From the NCBI RefSeq assembly GCF_009914755.1, contig NC_060940.1: a stretch of 64,000 nt of DNA. One strand, given 5' to 3'. The position numbers and the translations under genes were made by a program. Under the pieces are notes generated by a model. That model saw only the letters and a list, made by a program, of their open reading frames with translations, had not been told where the DNA came from and made no database searches. The stretch is from the human T2T-CHM13v2.0 reference genome, Homo sapiens. This document shows, piece by piece, positions 1 to 13,960 of the stretch. Position 1 is the first letter of the stretch. Each line of letters starts with the position of its first letter.

Positions 1-1557
1 GGATGGCAAAGCCTTTGCTGTCAGCCACCACGCTAAGAGTCCCTTAGTGATCTTAAAGTCTTGTTTTTGCAAACATTTCTGTATATGCTCTAAACCCCCA
101 TCTATATTTATGAGAAGCCATCTGGAAGACAAATAGGGGTGCCTCCAGGTGTCCCAGGACCTGACACTTGCAGATATGTGCTGAATAACTGAATGATTAG
201 AAAGGTCTTTCCCACTCCAAGTTTATTAAAATTAAGTTCCCATTATTTATGAAAGGATATGTCTATTTCTTATCTAATTCTTGTCCACATCTAAACAAAG
301 AAGTTTCACCAAGTCTTCAGTCACTAGAGCTTCTGTAGACTCATGCCTTCCACACTTGCCCTTTAACCCAAAACCACTTGTTAAAATATTTCTCCTAAAA
401 AAAAGATAGTCCCCTCCCTACGAAGGCAAATTCATAGTAAAATTCCCACCTCATATATATACATTCTTTAATTAGGTAGGGAATATTTTCCCTATTTTAC
501 CAATGGGGAAAAAATGGAGCTGCACTTATTAGTAAAGGGATGGTCCAGAATGTTTCCTAAAGCCCATTAATAGATGCATATTTTTTTTCAGTAAATCCTT
601 TTCTGTATTTCTAATGGAGACTATGAAAATGAGATATGAAGTCTTTCCCTAGCAATTCAGGCAGGATGATGCCTTCCGACTCTTTTTGTTTCCTTTTGGG
701 TCATGTCTGATGCTCTGAAATTCTCTACCTGCCTGACTGTTGCTTCAAGACAGTGGGTGTGAGCCAAACAAATCTATCCAACCATTTGTTACATCCCAAA
801 ATGGTACCAGTGAGATAGAAGGCCCCAGGTGATGGGGCCCCAGATGCAGATCTGAATATTCTATTCTAAGAAGAGCAGTGGAATAGATGGCCCCTATGAG
901 GTTTTTGATGGAAACCCTGAAAAAACAAATCAAAATATAATAGCTCCTGCTGTCGGTCCCCTCCCCCTCCCCCCAAACCCTAGCCTGGAACTGGGAGGAT
1001 TTGAGTGGGCCACAAGAAAACAGATGGTGTCACCAGAAGAAAGGAACTTGTTGTCTGAGAGCGGCCTTTCGAGGCGTAATATGTTCTTTGAGGGACGTGT
1101 TTCTCTTGTGATGGAATCAACGCAGGCAGAACATGCTCTCTAAAGAGATCTTCTCTCTGAGTCCAATACTTCTCAAAGAAAGAAAACCGTAAAAGAATAC
1201 AAAGGCAGTGTCAATTTTCTGCTCTCCAGCTGCAAAAACTTGCACTTGAATGCGACCCAAGGATAGTTTTCGGAACTTGTGCAGTGTGGCTGAGTACTTT
1301 TTATAGGTTGCAAGAATCTGTGATATGTTTGATACCTGTTTGGATACTGGCGCCCCTTTTGGACAACAGGGTCATTGGAGGGAGAGGCTCTGGCTTGCTC
1401 ATTTTAGAATCCAAGTTACACTGAGCACAAGATCGGGCAAATACGACGTGCTTAAAAGGGAGAAAGGGTGAAGGCAGGGAGAGACGCCAGGTTTGTGGAA
1501 TCAGTATAGAAGACAGCCGCATCACCACCCCCTTCATTGCTACTTCAACCTTTAAAC

Positions 1558-2055
1558 TAGGGGTCCTAACCTTCTGTTGTGGCTTGGACCCCTTTGGCAG
1601 TCAGATGGAGCTCGTGGATACCTTCTCAGAATAACGTATTTTCAAAAATACATGAAATATGTTGCATTTCAAAGAAACTAATTACATTGAAAAATAGTTA
1701 TCAAAATATTTAATAAAACAAACGTGTGAAATGGTAATGAATGAGCTTTTTTATTAACACATTAAATAAAAAGATCCAATGGCATGTGTAAAGACTTCAT
1801 AATTATGAAACAGCAATAAGGGTAAATGATATTTTGAAATACCTGCAGCACTTGTAATGTGATAATTACTTGTGGTTTCTATTGGGGACACAGTACCAGC
1901 GACATCACCACTGCTGTGGTTTATTCCGTCACTCCTAATTGAGGGGCATGCCAAATTTCAGTTAGATGTTCGTGAGAATGAAGACACATTTTATTTTTTC
2001 TCTCTGAGTTTATGACCTTCCTGACTTCTATTGGCAGATCAGGGTAGAAACCTCT
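1558..2055. mobile_element. hAT-Charlie DNA transposon fossil (Charlie4a-like)
   Basis: Starts TAGGGGTCCTAACCTT...GGACCCCTTTGGCAGTC, internal AAATTTCAGTTAGA..GTGAGAAT; resembles recalled Charlie4a consensus. Confidence 0.7.
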
Positions 2056-2221
2056 ATGGTCAATATTGGAGTGACACAAGGACCAATTCCTCAGGCCCCT
2101 TCTCTTCAATGTCTGCATTCCTTCCTTCCACTCTAGCTTCTAGTCTCCTGGGTTCAAATGTATTTGCTTATATGCTAATGAGTCCCAACTTTCTGGAACT
2201 CTCTCCAGACATTCCCATTGA

Positions 2222-2589
<368 letters not shown>

Positions 2590-2609
2590 TGAGAGTCTTG
2601 CAGGCAGCT

Positions 2610-2952
2610 CTCTTAATCCATTAGAGCTGCTACCGCAAAATATCATTAACTGGGTTACTTATGAACAACAGAAATTTATTGCTCACAATTCTGGAGGTTG
2701 TGAGGTCCAAGATCCAGGTGTCTGGTGTCTGGAGAGGGTTCACTTCCTGGTTTACCAATCGTGGCTTCTTGCTGTGCCCTCACATGGTAGAAGGGACAAG
2801 AGATCTCTCTGGGGTCTCTTTTATAAAGACAGTCATTCTATTCACCAAAAGCCACTGTTACTACCACCTCCAAAGGCTCCACCTCCTAAAACCATAGAGA
2901 TGAAGATTTCAACATCTTAATTCTGGGGAAACCCAAACATTCAGATCAAAGC
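2610..2952 (-). mobile_element. MaLR LTR (MLT1A/B-like)
   Basis: CAACAGAAATTTATTGCTCACAATTCTGGAGG..GTCCAAGATC; ends CAAACATTCAGATCAAAGCA. Confidence 0.8.
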
Positions 2953-3334
2953 AGTTATCTCATCCTAAATGTGTCCAAATGGGTCTCAGTCCCCCCCCCC
3001 GCATCACACTTGTCCAACTGCAGTCTCACCCATTTCAGTAAATGGGGCTCCATCCTCCTGGGGGTGGGCAGGCCAAAGAACTTGGAGTCTGACTCTTTCC
3101 TTTCTCTGTCTCACCTACATCCAAACTATCAGCAAGTCTTGTCAGCTCTGCTTTCAAACCGATCCACGCCCCACCTCTGCTTCTTGCCACCTCAGGGCTA
3201 CCACCTCGGGGGAGGCCCCGCTCACCCCTCACCTAAATGATTGCAGTAGCTTCTTAATTATACCCCTCCTCCTCTTACACCTCCCTAAAGTCTACTCTCA
3301 GCGTAGCAGCCAGAGTAATCTTTCAAAAACAAAA

Positions 3335-3795
3335 GGCAAGGAATGGTGGCTCACAGTGGTTATCTCAGCGTTTTGGGAGGCCAAGGTAGGATGATCACTT
3401 GAGCCCAGAAGTTCAAGACCTGCCAGGGCAACATGGCAAGACTCCATCTCTATTTTTAAAAAATATAAAAAATAAGCCAGGCATGGTAGCGCATGCCTAT
3501 AGTCCTGGCTACCAGGGAGGCTGAGGCAGGAGGATTGCTTGAGTCTAGGAGTTCAAGACCAACACAGGCAACATAGTAAGACCCTATCTCTATTTTTAAA
3601 AAATACAAAAAATTAGCCAGGCATAGTGGCACAAGTCTGTAGTCCCAGCTACCAGGGAGACTGAGGAAAAGGATCACCTGAGCCCAGGAATCCAAGGCTA
3701 CAGTGAGCTGTGATTATACCATTGCACTCCAGCCTGGACAACAGAGCAAGACCCCATCTTTAAATAAATAAGTAAATAAATAAATAAATAAATAA
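3335..3795 (+). mobile_element. Trimeric AluJ-like element
   Basis: Three Alu monomer units, A-rich linker repeated at 140-bp spacing, (TAAA)n tail. Confidence 0.9.
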
Positions 3796-4053
3796 GTGAT
3801 ACAATCTGTGAGGTCCTCTGTTCCAAACTCTCCAAAAACCTTTTCTTTTCACCAAGAGTAAAATTCAGTCTTCTGACCACGGACTGTGAGAATCATATAA
3901 CCCTATTACCTCTCTGACGTTACTCAACTAGCTCCAGCTACTTTGCCTCCAGTAATTCTTCAAATTCACCAAGCCAGTTCCGACTCCAGGGCCTTTGCCC
4001 ATGCTGCTCCTCTGTGGGAACACTCTTCCCGCATGCCCTTCATACCCTTCCAG

Positions 4054-4394
<341 letters not shown>

Positions 4395-4652
4395 TGAAGC
4401 TTCCCTTAACCACCCTATGTAAAATAATTCTACTCTCCATCCCGGCACTCATCTTTCCCAGTTATCCTGCTTCATTTTTCTTGAAAGCACTCATCACCAT
4501 TAGATACACCAAACATGTACTTGTTTTATTCATTTATGGTCCTTCCCCTTGTGTTGGAATATAAGTGTTATGATGGCACAGACTTTGCCTAGATTGTAGA
4601 CTGATGTAGCACTAGGACCTAGAGCTGGGCACTCAGCAAATATCTGTTGAGG

Positions 4653-5017
<365 letters not shown>

Positions 5018-5564
5018 TTACTTTAAAAACACCACAGGATCCACTGTTAGCACATGAAGCCGCCACTTCATAATGAGCACATAATTAGTTAGATCATCCC
5101 ACATTCATGCATGAACTAATATGGGCCATCTCATGCCTTTTTACTGAACCAACCAAGGCAGTGACAATGGTAATAGCATGGACCTAGGCTGGCCCTCTTC
5201 CCCTCACACCTGAGGCATGCTGTTTCTCAGCTGGGTAGATAGATGAGGCACTATGTTTAATTGCTAGTGAAAATATTTTCCATTTTGGTGTGCTTTCAAG
5301 TTTGCAGGTTTTTTTCTATACATTAGATTTAATCGTCTCTAGTGCCTCAGAAAAAGTTGCTTATTCACTCAATATTTGCGTAAGATTTTATTTATACTGT
5401 GAGCATAGCATGTTAAGTTAGTTACATGTTTATCTACCTCTTCTGTTGGTCTATGAATTTCTAGAAGGAAAGAATGTTTGTATTCTCAAGGCTGAGCATA
5501 GTATCTGGCAGATAGCAAATGCTGATCCAATATTTGTTGATAGTATTATTATCTAATATTTACT

Positions 5565-5705
5565 GAGTTATTTCAGTGTCCTTATATTAAAATGGGGATA
5601 CTATTAACAGCCCCTTTCAAGACTGCTGTGAGAGTGGAAAGAGTTAACCTAAGTAAACCACTGGGAACGTGTCTGGCACAGAGTAAGCATTCAGTATTAG
5701 TCACT
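5565..5705 (+). mobile_element. MIR fragment
   Basis: TTCAGTGTCCTTATATTAAAATGGGGATA...TGTCTGGCACAGAGTAAGCATTCA. Confidence 0.65.
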
Positions 5706-5809
5706 GTCCCTCCTGTTGATGATGTTGTCATTTGAACATCTATTTAATGTACTCAAGTGCTTTCCTTAAAACAATTATGTGTGATGATAAACCAGCCATA
5801 ATCATGATA

Positions 5810-6030
5810 ACACTGAACAGTTATTGAGCAGCTAATAAATGCCAAGTTTGAGGCTACTTTAAAAATGCATCATCCAATTTTCACAGCAGCCATATAAGAT
5901 ACATACAATTCTCAATTTAGAGAAGGAGGCACAGATTCAGAAAGGTTAAGTCGCCTTCTCGAAGTCACATAGCAAAGAAGTGGCAGAGGTGGGATTTGAA
6001 CCTGAGCCGCTCTGACTCCAGGGTCCTAAC
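5810..6030 (-). mobile_element. MIR
   Basis: GAGGCACAGA..AAGGTTAAGT..GTCACATAGC..GTGGCAGAGGTGGGATTTGAACC..TCTGACTCCAG. Confidence 0.75.
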
Positions 6031-7224
6031 TACTATCTTATGGTGGGTGGCATTGCCTTAATTCTAAAAAAGAAGAAACAGAGACATGAAGAGGGCAGTT
6101 AACTGGATCAAAGTCACAGAGCTTACAAGCATTAGAGCTGAGATTTGTGATAGAAGAATTTCCTCTGAGCCAGTGGGCCAGAGGTACTGTCTGGGGTCTG
6201 GAATGCACTTCATAAGCACAAACAGAGATGGAGGAGATGGTCAGATGTCTGGATCATCCCCTGAGGGTGAGTTAATTTCGTGCTGTTAAATGAATCTGAA
6301 ATTTGAAAGCATACTGAATAAAACCACGCATTTTCCCTCATCCTAATGGGACATTAAACAGCTACTTACATAATGAATTATTTAACTGCTGACTGATAAG
6401 TGCTGTAAGGTGCAGGGGCTCTGAGAGTTCATGGCAGGAAGTCCTGCCTGAGCCTGGGTCAGAGGAAAGAAACCACAAAAACAAAGATGCACGCCTTCCA
6501 GCAGGAGGTTATGGTAATTTGCACAAACCTCACTCCGGTGGGGGGCCTGAGAAGAAGCTGAGGCGCACCTTCCAGGGGAAACAGGCTTCGGAGAATTAAA
6601 TGATCTCTTGCATCTCCTCTCAATCATATGATGTAATTATTGGGAAATGTCACATGCAGCTTTTTTTGCAGGGACAGGTGTGTGCGAAGAAAGGTAGGCA
6701 GGGTTAATATTTTTTCTTCTGGTTTATGAGTTTCATTGATTTTCCTAGAAGGAAAACCCTTATTTGACCTTGTTCCCACAAGCAGGTTTGGCTTGGGATG
6801 AGAAGTCTGGCAGCTGTTCAAAGGCAGATGCTCCTGGCCTGAAGCCCCAAGGGACGTCAAGAGGCAGCGAGACAGGAGCAGGAAGGTGGAGACAGCTCTG
6901 TGCGCCTGCAACTCTGACTTGTCTGCTCCGCCACATCCAGCTCATCACCCAATTGTGCAAATTTAACTCCTAAAACTCCCCCCAATCTTCCCATTCCTCT
7001 CAGCCCCATTGACAGCACCCCAACGCAAGATGCCATCATTTCTTGAAACAGACACTTAACTCATCCCTCACACTCCATTCTTGTTTCCTTATAATATCTT
7101 CTCATCTGAGCCAAAAGTGACCTTCTTAATACATAAAGACATACATCACTGTCACCTCCATCTTCTCAAAACCCTTCAGCTGCTTCTCATTGCACTTGGG
7201 ATAAACATAAAAAATCTTTTTCCA

Positions 7225-7328
7225 AAGTTGGGCACAGCAGTATGTGCCCGTTGTCCCAGCGAAAGTGGGAGGATTGCTTGAGCTTAAGAGTTGAAGTCCA
7301 GTCTGGGCAATACAGCAAGACTATGCTT
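7225..7328 (+). mobile_element. FLAM/FAM-type Alu monomer, degenerate
   Basis: GGGAGGATTGCTTGAGC..AGTTGAAGTCCAGTCTGGGCAATACAGCAAGAC. Confidence 0.75.
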
Positions 7329-7379
7329 GAGGGGGGATGGCGGCCAGAGATACTGTAGACACACTGAATTTGGGGATGC

Positions 7380-7984
7380 TATTTAGTTAGGATTATGCGT
7401 GGCTGTAAGTTATAGAATTGCGATCAATGGTAGTCTAAACAATCTCTTATCTTACTAACAAGAAGACTGGAGGCAGACACCCCAAGGTTCGTTCAGCAAC
7501 TTGATCTTGTCCCTAAAGACCAAGTTCCATTCCAATATGGACTTCCATTTTTAGCATATGGGCTTTTTATACTCATGCTTCTTGTCCCATAGTTACACGG
7601 TGGCTACTGTTGCTCCAGGCATCATGACTATATTCAAAGACAAGAAGGAGAAGGTAAGGAGGGAAATTCAGGACATTAAGAAAGGATTATATCATTTCTT
7701 TCTCCTTATATCAGGAAGGAAATATTTCCCAAAGTTCTCCAGCAGATAGCTGCTGCTGTTTCACTGGTTAAATAGTCCTATGTGGCCATCCCTAACCACA
7801 GGGGGAGTTGGAAAATTAGGGATCAAGCAAGGGGAAACAGGAGTGCTATGAATGGCTCAGATCGATCATGATTCTCATTCTAGGGCTTGCGTATTGTACC
7901 CTTTCCCCGCCCTGCCCCAAATGAGATTGAGATTCTGTCAGGCAGGAGGGCTGACTATTTAGTAGACAACCAACAGTGTCTGAC
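7380..7984 (-). mobile_element. Old MaLR LTR (MLT1K/L-like)
   Basis: TAGTTAGGATT..GGCTGTAAG..ACAAGAAGACTGGAGGCAG..GTTGCTCCAGGCATCATG. Confidence 0.55.
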
Positions 7985-9659
7985 AGAGGGTGGAAGGTGG
8001 GATTGGGTTTTATTCAAACAACCACCTTCTGAGTGTGAAAAATGGCAGCTACCTCTTGACTTCAGTACTGTGAAAACTGCCACTTGTTCCAGCTGAGCCT
8101 GCTTCTCTTGGCTCATACATTCCCAAGAAGATGACTGTGCAGAGCGGCAAGAGCTTCCCTGTTTCTCAGAATATTCTCAAGAAATAAGGCTGCATTAATA
8201 ATTTGTTTTCTTGGTATGGGCCATTCGGTTGCAAAACAATATTGCAGTCATAGCACGATACTTCCCTTCCTCATTTACATTCACTGTTGGTTTAATTATG
8301 CTTTTCAGTCAGAATACTTATTAATTTTATAGACCTACCTGAAAATTAAATTGGATAAATTCCTTTTGCCTGATACCTTGAAGAATGTGTTTTTCCAAGC
8401 TGTTGATGGGGCCCGCTTCGGCCCCGTGCAATTTTGTTCCCCTTTAAGTTCATTTGCAAATAACACTGTGTTGGTTTAAAGGGCATTCATCATTTCTGAG
8501 CAGGAGAAACACTGCAAACTGCAGCCCAATTCGGAGGAAAGTAGGAGGACAATGGAGAAAATTGCCAAATATTTTATTTTCTCATTGGAGAGGGGAGTCA
8601 TTGAGTGAGGCATAAAATTTCCCTTAGGATTCCATGAATCCATCTTGCTGGTGAAGAGAACACTACGTGTTACTGGAAGGCATCAGCAAAGCCACAGGGT
8701 ACCAAAAGGACACAGAGCAGGGACCTTCCCAACTGACCAGGGCTAAAGCGGCTCAACGTGAGAACAGCAGGCAGTGTATTTATTCATTAGACATTCACTG
8801 TGTCTCAGGCACGATGGAGCTAAAAACGCAATTAAGACATATTACCTACTCTCAAGCAGCTTGAATTTTCATAGCAGTAGACAGGCAAATAAAGGCACAG
8901 TGATGATAAAGTGTGTCTATCATAAGGTAGAAAAAGCACAGAATGCTGTGAGATTCCAGAAGCAGTACAACACGCCCCTAGCCTGAAAGCTCTATGAGGA
9001 TGGGAAGTGTATTTATGCTATGCTGTGCTGTAACTTTGCTGCCTAGCCCCATGCCTGGCATTCAGATATTTAATAATTAGTTGCTGAATTGAATTGAATT
9101 AAAATCAATCCAGCCTGGTGGCATGTATTATTTAGGTGTGGTTAGCTGCTATAACAAATAAATCTCCAAATCTCAATGGCTGTAACACAGTAGAAAAATG
9201 CATATGTGTGTGTGTGGGGTGTGTGTGTGTGTGTGTATTTGCTTTTTCTTCACAAAGATCACATCAGATCTGAGATGATAGAGGGTGTCTGTCCCAAGCT
9301 GCTATTTGAGAACTGAAGCTTCTCCCATCCTGGGTCTCTTATCATCTTCTGAGTCCTCACCCCCACTTAATGAATAGAGTACAAAACAAAATTAAAATTC
9401 TAAGGCCCCCCAACCACCTGAAGAGACCCCTCCTTTAGGCCAAGGGTCAAGTTAACCTGAAAATCAAGTTCAGGCCACAATGAGAAGTGGGATTGGGACA
9501 TGCCTCATTACAGCTTCCTCCCTTTTGCAATTACTGATGGAACAGACTCTTTAAGTCTGGTAAGAAACATTTACAATCTATTCTTTCTGAAGCCTTATAC
9601 CCAGTGGCTTCATCTGTCTGATATAATGTTGGTCTCCACAATCCCTTATGATAATCCAC

Positions 9660-9773
9660 AGCCAGCTAGCTACCTAGCTAGCTTGCTTGCTTGCTTGCTT
9701 GCTTCCTTCCTTCCTTCCTTCCTTTCCTTCTTCCTCCCTCCCTCCCTCCTTCCCTTTCTTCTTTCCTTCTTAC
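9660..9773. repeat. Compound microsatellite (GCTA)n(GCTT)n(CCTT)n(CCCT)n, derived from Alu tail
   Basis: Directly visible; abuts the 3' end of the minus-strand Alu. Confidence 0.9.
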
Positions 9774-10056
9774 TTTGAGACAGAGTCTCACTCTGTCATC
9801 GGGGCTGGACAGCACTGGCGCAATCTCAGCTCACTGCAACCTCTGCCTCCTGGGTTCAAGGGATTCTCCCACCTCAGGCTCCTGAGTAGCTGGGACTGCA
9901 GGCATGTGCCACCACACCAAGCTAAGTTTTGTATTTGTAGTAGAGACAGGGTTTCACCATGTTGGCCAGGCTGCTTTCAGACTCCTGACCTCAAGTGACC
10001 TGCCCACCTTGGTGTCCCAAAGCGCTGGGATTACAGGCTTGAGTCACGGTGCCCAG
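9774..10056 (-). mobile_element. Alu inserted in MER4 LTR
   Basis: TTTGAGACAGAGTCTCACTCTG...GAGTCACGGTGCCCAGC. Confidence 0.96.
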
Positions 10057-10568
10057 CTCACACATTCCTGTCTATTGATAATAACATTTTCAACGAATTG
10101 CCAATCAGCAAATCTTTTAATCTACCTATCACTTGGGAGCACCAATTCCTACCTTATTACCCCCAGCATTTCCAGTTGTCCCCCCTTTCTGGACTGTACC
10201 AATGTATATCTCACATGTATTGATTAACTCCTTATGTATCCCTAAAAGGTACAAAACCAAGATGTGGCCTGACCACCTTGGGCAGATGTTCTTGGGATCA
10301 CCTGAGGGCTGTGCCTGGGCCATTGGTCTCTCATATGTGACTCAGAATAAATCCTTTCAAATATTTTACAGTTTGACTCTTCGTCAACAAAAGGAAAAGA
10401 GAAAAGAGAGCCACTGGGAAGTTTAAAGGGCTAGGATTAGAAGTGGCACTCAATGCTTCCTCTTGCATTCCACTGACCGGAAGTCTTACATGGCCATATC
10501 TAAGTATAAGGCCGGAAAATACAGTCAGATTAAGTGCTCAGGAGGAAAGGATATAGATTTGGTAAAAA

Positions 10569-11669
10569 CGTTACTGGAAAGCGGTCCTAATCCAGACCCC
10601 AAGAGAGGGTTCTTGAATCTCGGGCAAGAAAGAATTTGGGGCAAGTCCACAGTACAAAGTGAAAGTAAGTTTATTAAGAAAGTAAAAGAGTGAAAGAATA
10701 GCTACTCCATCAACACAGGAGGGCGTTCCTGAAAGTAAAAGGAGAGACGTGGCCACCCTGGGTACAACGCTTGCTTATATATAGGATAACAACAACAAAA
10801 CCACAGGGAGATGTGCTCTATTACAAGGGTTTGTGATAAAGGGTTAATTTTCCTAATTACTATATATTGCAAGAATCAATATTATTATCTCTAAAGCAAA
10901 ATTAGGAAGGCTTCTGTCAGAGGCGTTTGAACCGGAGCAACTCTATCTTGAATAGAGGCTGCATAAAATAAGGCGGAGACCTATTGGGCTGCATTCCCAG
11001 ATGGTTAAGGCATTCTAAGTCACAGAATGAGATAGGAGGTTGGCACAAGATACAGGTCATAAACACCTTGCTGACAAAACAGATTGCAGTAAAGAAGCCA
11101 GCCAAAACCCACCAAAACTAAGATAGCAACGAGAGTGACCTCTGCGCATCCTCACTGCTGCACTCCACCAGCGCCATGACAGTTTACAAATGCCATGGCA
11201 ACATCAGGAAGTTATCCCATATGGTCTAGAAAGGGGAGGCATGAATAATCCACCCCTTGTTTAGCGTATCATTAAGAAATAACCATAAAAATGGGCAACC
11301 AGCAGCCTTCGGGGGGCTGCTCTATGGAGTAGCCATTCTCTTATTCCTTTACTTTCTTAATAAACTTGCTTTCAAATTTGCTCTAGGGACTTGCCCTGAA
11401 TTCCCTCTTGGGCCAGATCCAAAAACCCTCTCTTGGGGTCTGAATTGGGGACCCCTTTCTGGTAACACTTCTGTTTTCAAGATATCAGGATATCACGGCA
11501 TTCCTGACTCTGGGTCTGTTTAGTAAAGGTTCTCAATCTGCTCCCTTAACTGTAAACATCCAGAGACTAGGAATTCCTAACTTCCTGGGAATGCAGCCTG
11601 GCAATTCCCAGCCTTATTTTCCTAGCCCTCACTCAAGATGGAGTCGTTCTGGTTCGAATGCCTCTGACA
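10569..11669 (-). mobile_element. MER41-family solo LTR (MER41D/E-like), split by MER41A
   Basis: Reverse complement starts TGTCAGAGGCATTCGAACCAGAACGACTCCATCTTG and ends ...CTTTCCAGTAACG; AAAA TSD. Confidence 0.85.
10915..11467 (+). mobile_element. MER41A solo LTR
   Basis: TGTCAGAGGCGTTTGAACC...GGGACCCCTTTCTGGTAACA; 4-bp TSD CTTC at 10911-10914 and 11468-11471. Confidence 0.92.
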
Positions 11670-11699
11670 AAAACTTCACTGTTTTTTATATGTAGCTGG

Positions 11700-12098
11700 A
11701 AAAGTGGTCCCAAACAATCTTTAAGATGAATAGGAGATATCCCCAATGATAAGGAGTAAAGAACATTGCAATCAGAAGGGTTAGTGTGAATAAAGATAGC
11801 CTGGGGTTCATAAATGGTGAAAAATCACATGCACAGTAAGATAAGGCTGTAAAGTGAGGCAGAAGTTAAGTCACAGAAGGGATTTTACACTATGCCAAGG
11901 AGTTTATACCTTGTCCTAAGGGCAACTGGAAGCCACTGAAGCTTTTTGATTAAAAGGGTAGGGTGGTCAGCTTTGCATTTTAGAACAATGCCTTTGGGCT
12001 AGGTGTGGAAATTGTGGGGGGCTATCATACACAGAGATGGAGAGGATAGATTTGAGAAATATTAGAAGGTAAAAATGGAGGGGCTAGGTGGCTGAGTG
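11700..12098 (-). mobile_element. L2 fragment (last ~207 bp duplicated at 12989-13204)
   Basis: CCAAGGAGTTT..GGAAGCCACTGAAG..TTTGCATTTTAGAA motifs of antisense L2. Confidence 0.6.
11892..12098 (+). repeat. Direct repeat copy 1 (~207 bp) flanking MER41A
   Basis: Aligns by eye to 12989-13204 at ~85% identity. Confidence 0.95.
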
Positions 12099-12988
<890 letters not shown>

Positions 12989-13204
12989 ATGCCAAGGAGT
13001 TTGCAACCCGTCCTAAGGGCAGTTGGAAGCCACTGAAGCTTTCTGATCAAAACGGTAGTGTGGTCAGCTTCGCATTTTAGAAGGATGACATTGGGCTTGG
13101 TGTAGAAATTGTAAGGGGCTATCATTACACACAGAGATGAAGAGGAGATAATAGACTTGAGAAATACTTAGAAGGTAAAAATGGCAGGGCTAGGTGGCTT
13201 ATTG
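12989..13204 (+). repeat. Direct repeat copy 2 flanking MER41A
   Basis: Begins ATGCCAAGGAGTTT immediately after the LTR terminal CA. Confidence 0.95.
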
Positions 13205-13739
13205 GATGTCAATCAGCCTCTTTGTCCTTTCTGTGAACTCCCTTCCCTTGTCTTCTCATTCTGAGTACCCTAGCTAACCTTCTCCACCTGAATGCTTAGT
13301 CCAAGTTGTGACCAGATCCATTTGGCTCTGGGGGATTAGACTTGGTGCCATTTATTAGGGATATTGGATATATTCCAATCTCGACCCAAGGATCTGGCAG
13401 GGCAAAAATTATTACTGAAATTCTAAAATGTAGATAAATTTATCTAGAATTTATCTGGGAATTCAAATTTATCTGCCTAATCATTGTTCATTTTATGGCC
13501 AGAAATTTATAGACAGCCCCATTTTCTGAACAGAAATTCAGAGATACATAAAATTTTCTGGAGGTGTGCTTTACATTGATAAAGTTGGGGAGGGGGTGCT
13601 AGATGGGAAGGAAGTGCTGTGGCTGGGGCAATACTTTCCCTCCCTATAGCGACAAGTGTCACTGGTCTTCCAAAGCAGTACTGTGTAAAATATCCCATAA
13701 AATGGGGAAAATGGTAACATAAACTAGTATTGGTGCTAA

Positions 13740-13960
13740 ACTAGTGGTTTAGCACTCACGCTATGGCATTAGAGGTTAGATCCTGCTTTCCTAACTTACT
13801 GGTTGTGTGACCTCTGATAATCATTTGACTCCACGGGAGTTCAGTTTTCTCAGCTACAAATGAAGGTAGCAATAGCTCTAGTCCTGCAAAGTTGTTATGA
13901 GATGTAATGAGATAATATGCATTCAGTTCTTGGAAGACTGTAGGAACAAATTAAGTGTAA
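13740..13960 (+). mobile_element. MIR
   Basis: TAGTGGTTTAGCAC..ACTTACTGGTTGTGTGACCT..TTCAGTTTTCTCAGCTACAAATG. Confidence 0.7.

Larger units (their letters stand above)
9378..10389 (+). mobile_element. ERV1 solo LTR, MER4 family
   Basis: AAATTCTAAGGCCCCCCAACCA..AAGTTAACCTGAAAA; ends CTCAGAATAAATC..TTCAAATATTTTACAG..TTTGACTCTTCGTCAACA. Confidence 0.85.
9125..11680 (-). mobile_element. Old MaLR/ERVL-type LTR (MLT1J/LTR33-like), fragmented by nested ERV1 LTRs
   Basis: TAGCTGCTATAACAAA..AATCTCAATGGCT at 9142-9181; resumes 10390-10568 (GAAGTGGCAC..CATTCCACTGACC..CATGGCC). Confidence 0.5.

Noticed and set aside
1347-1363. CTCF-like motif GGCGCCCCTTTTGG
   Set aside because: Spacing and core positions do not fit the consensus
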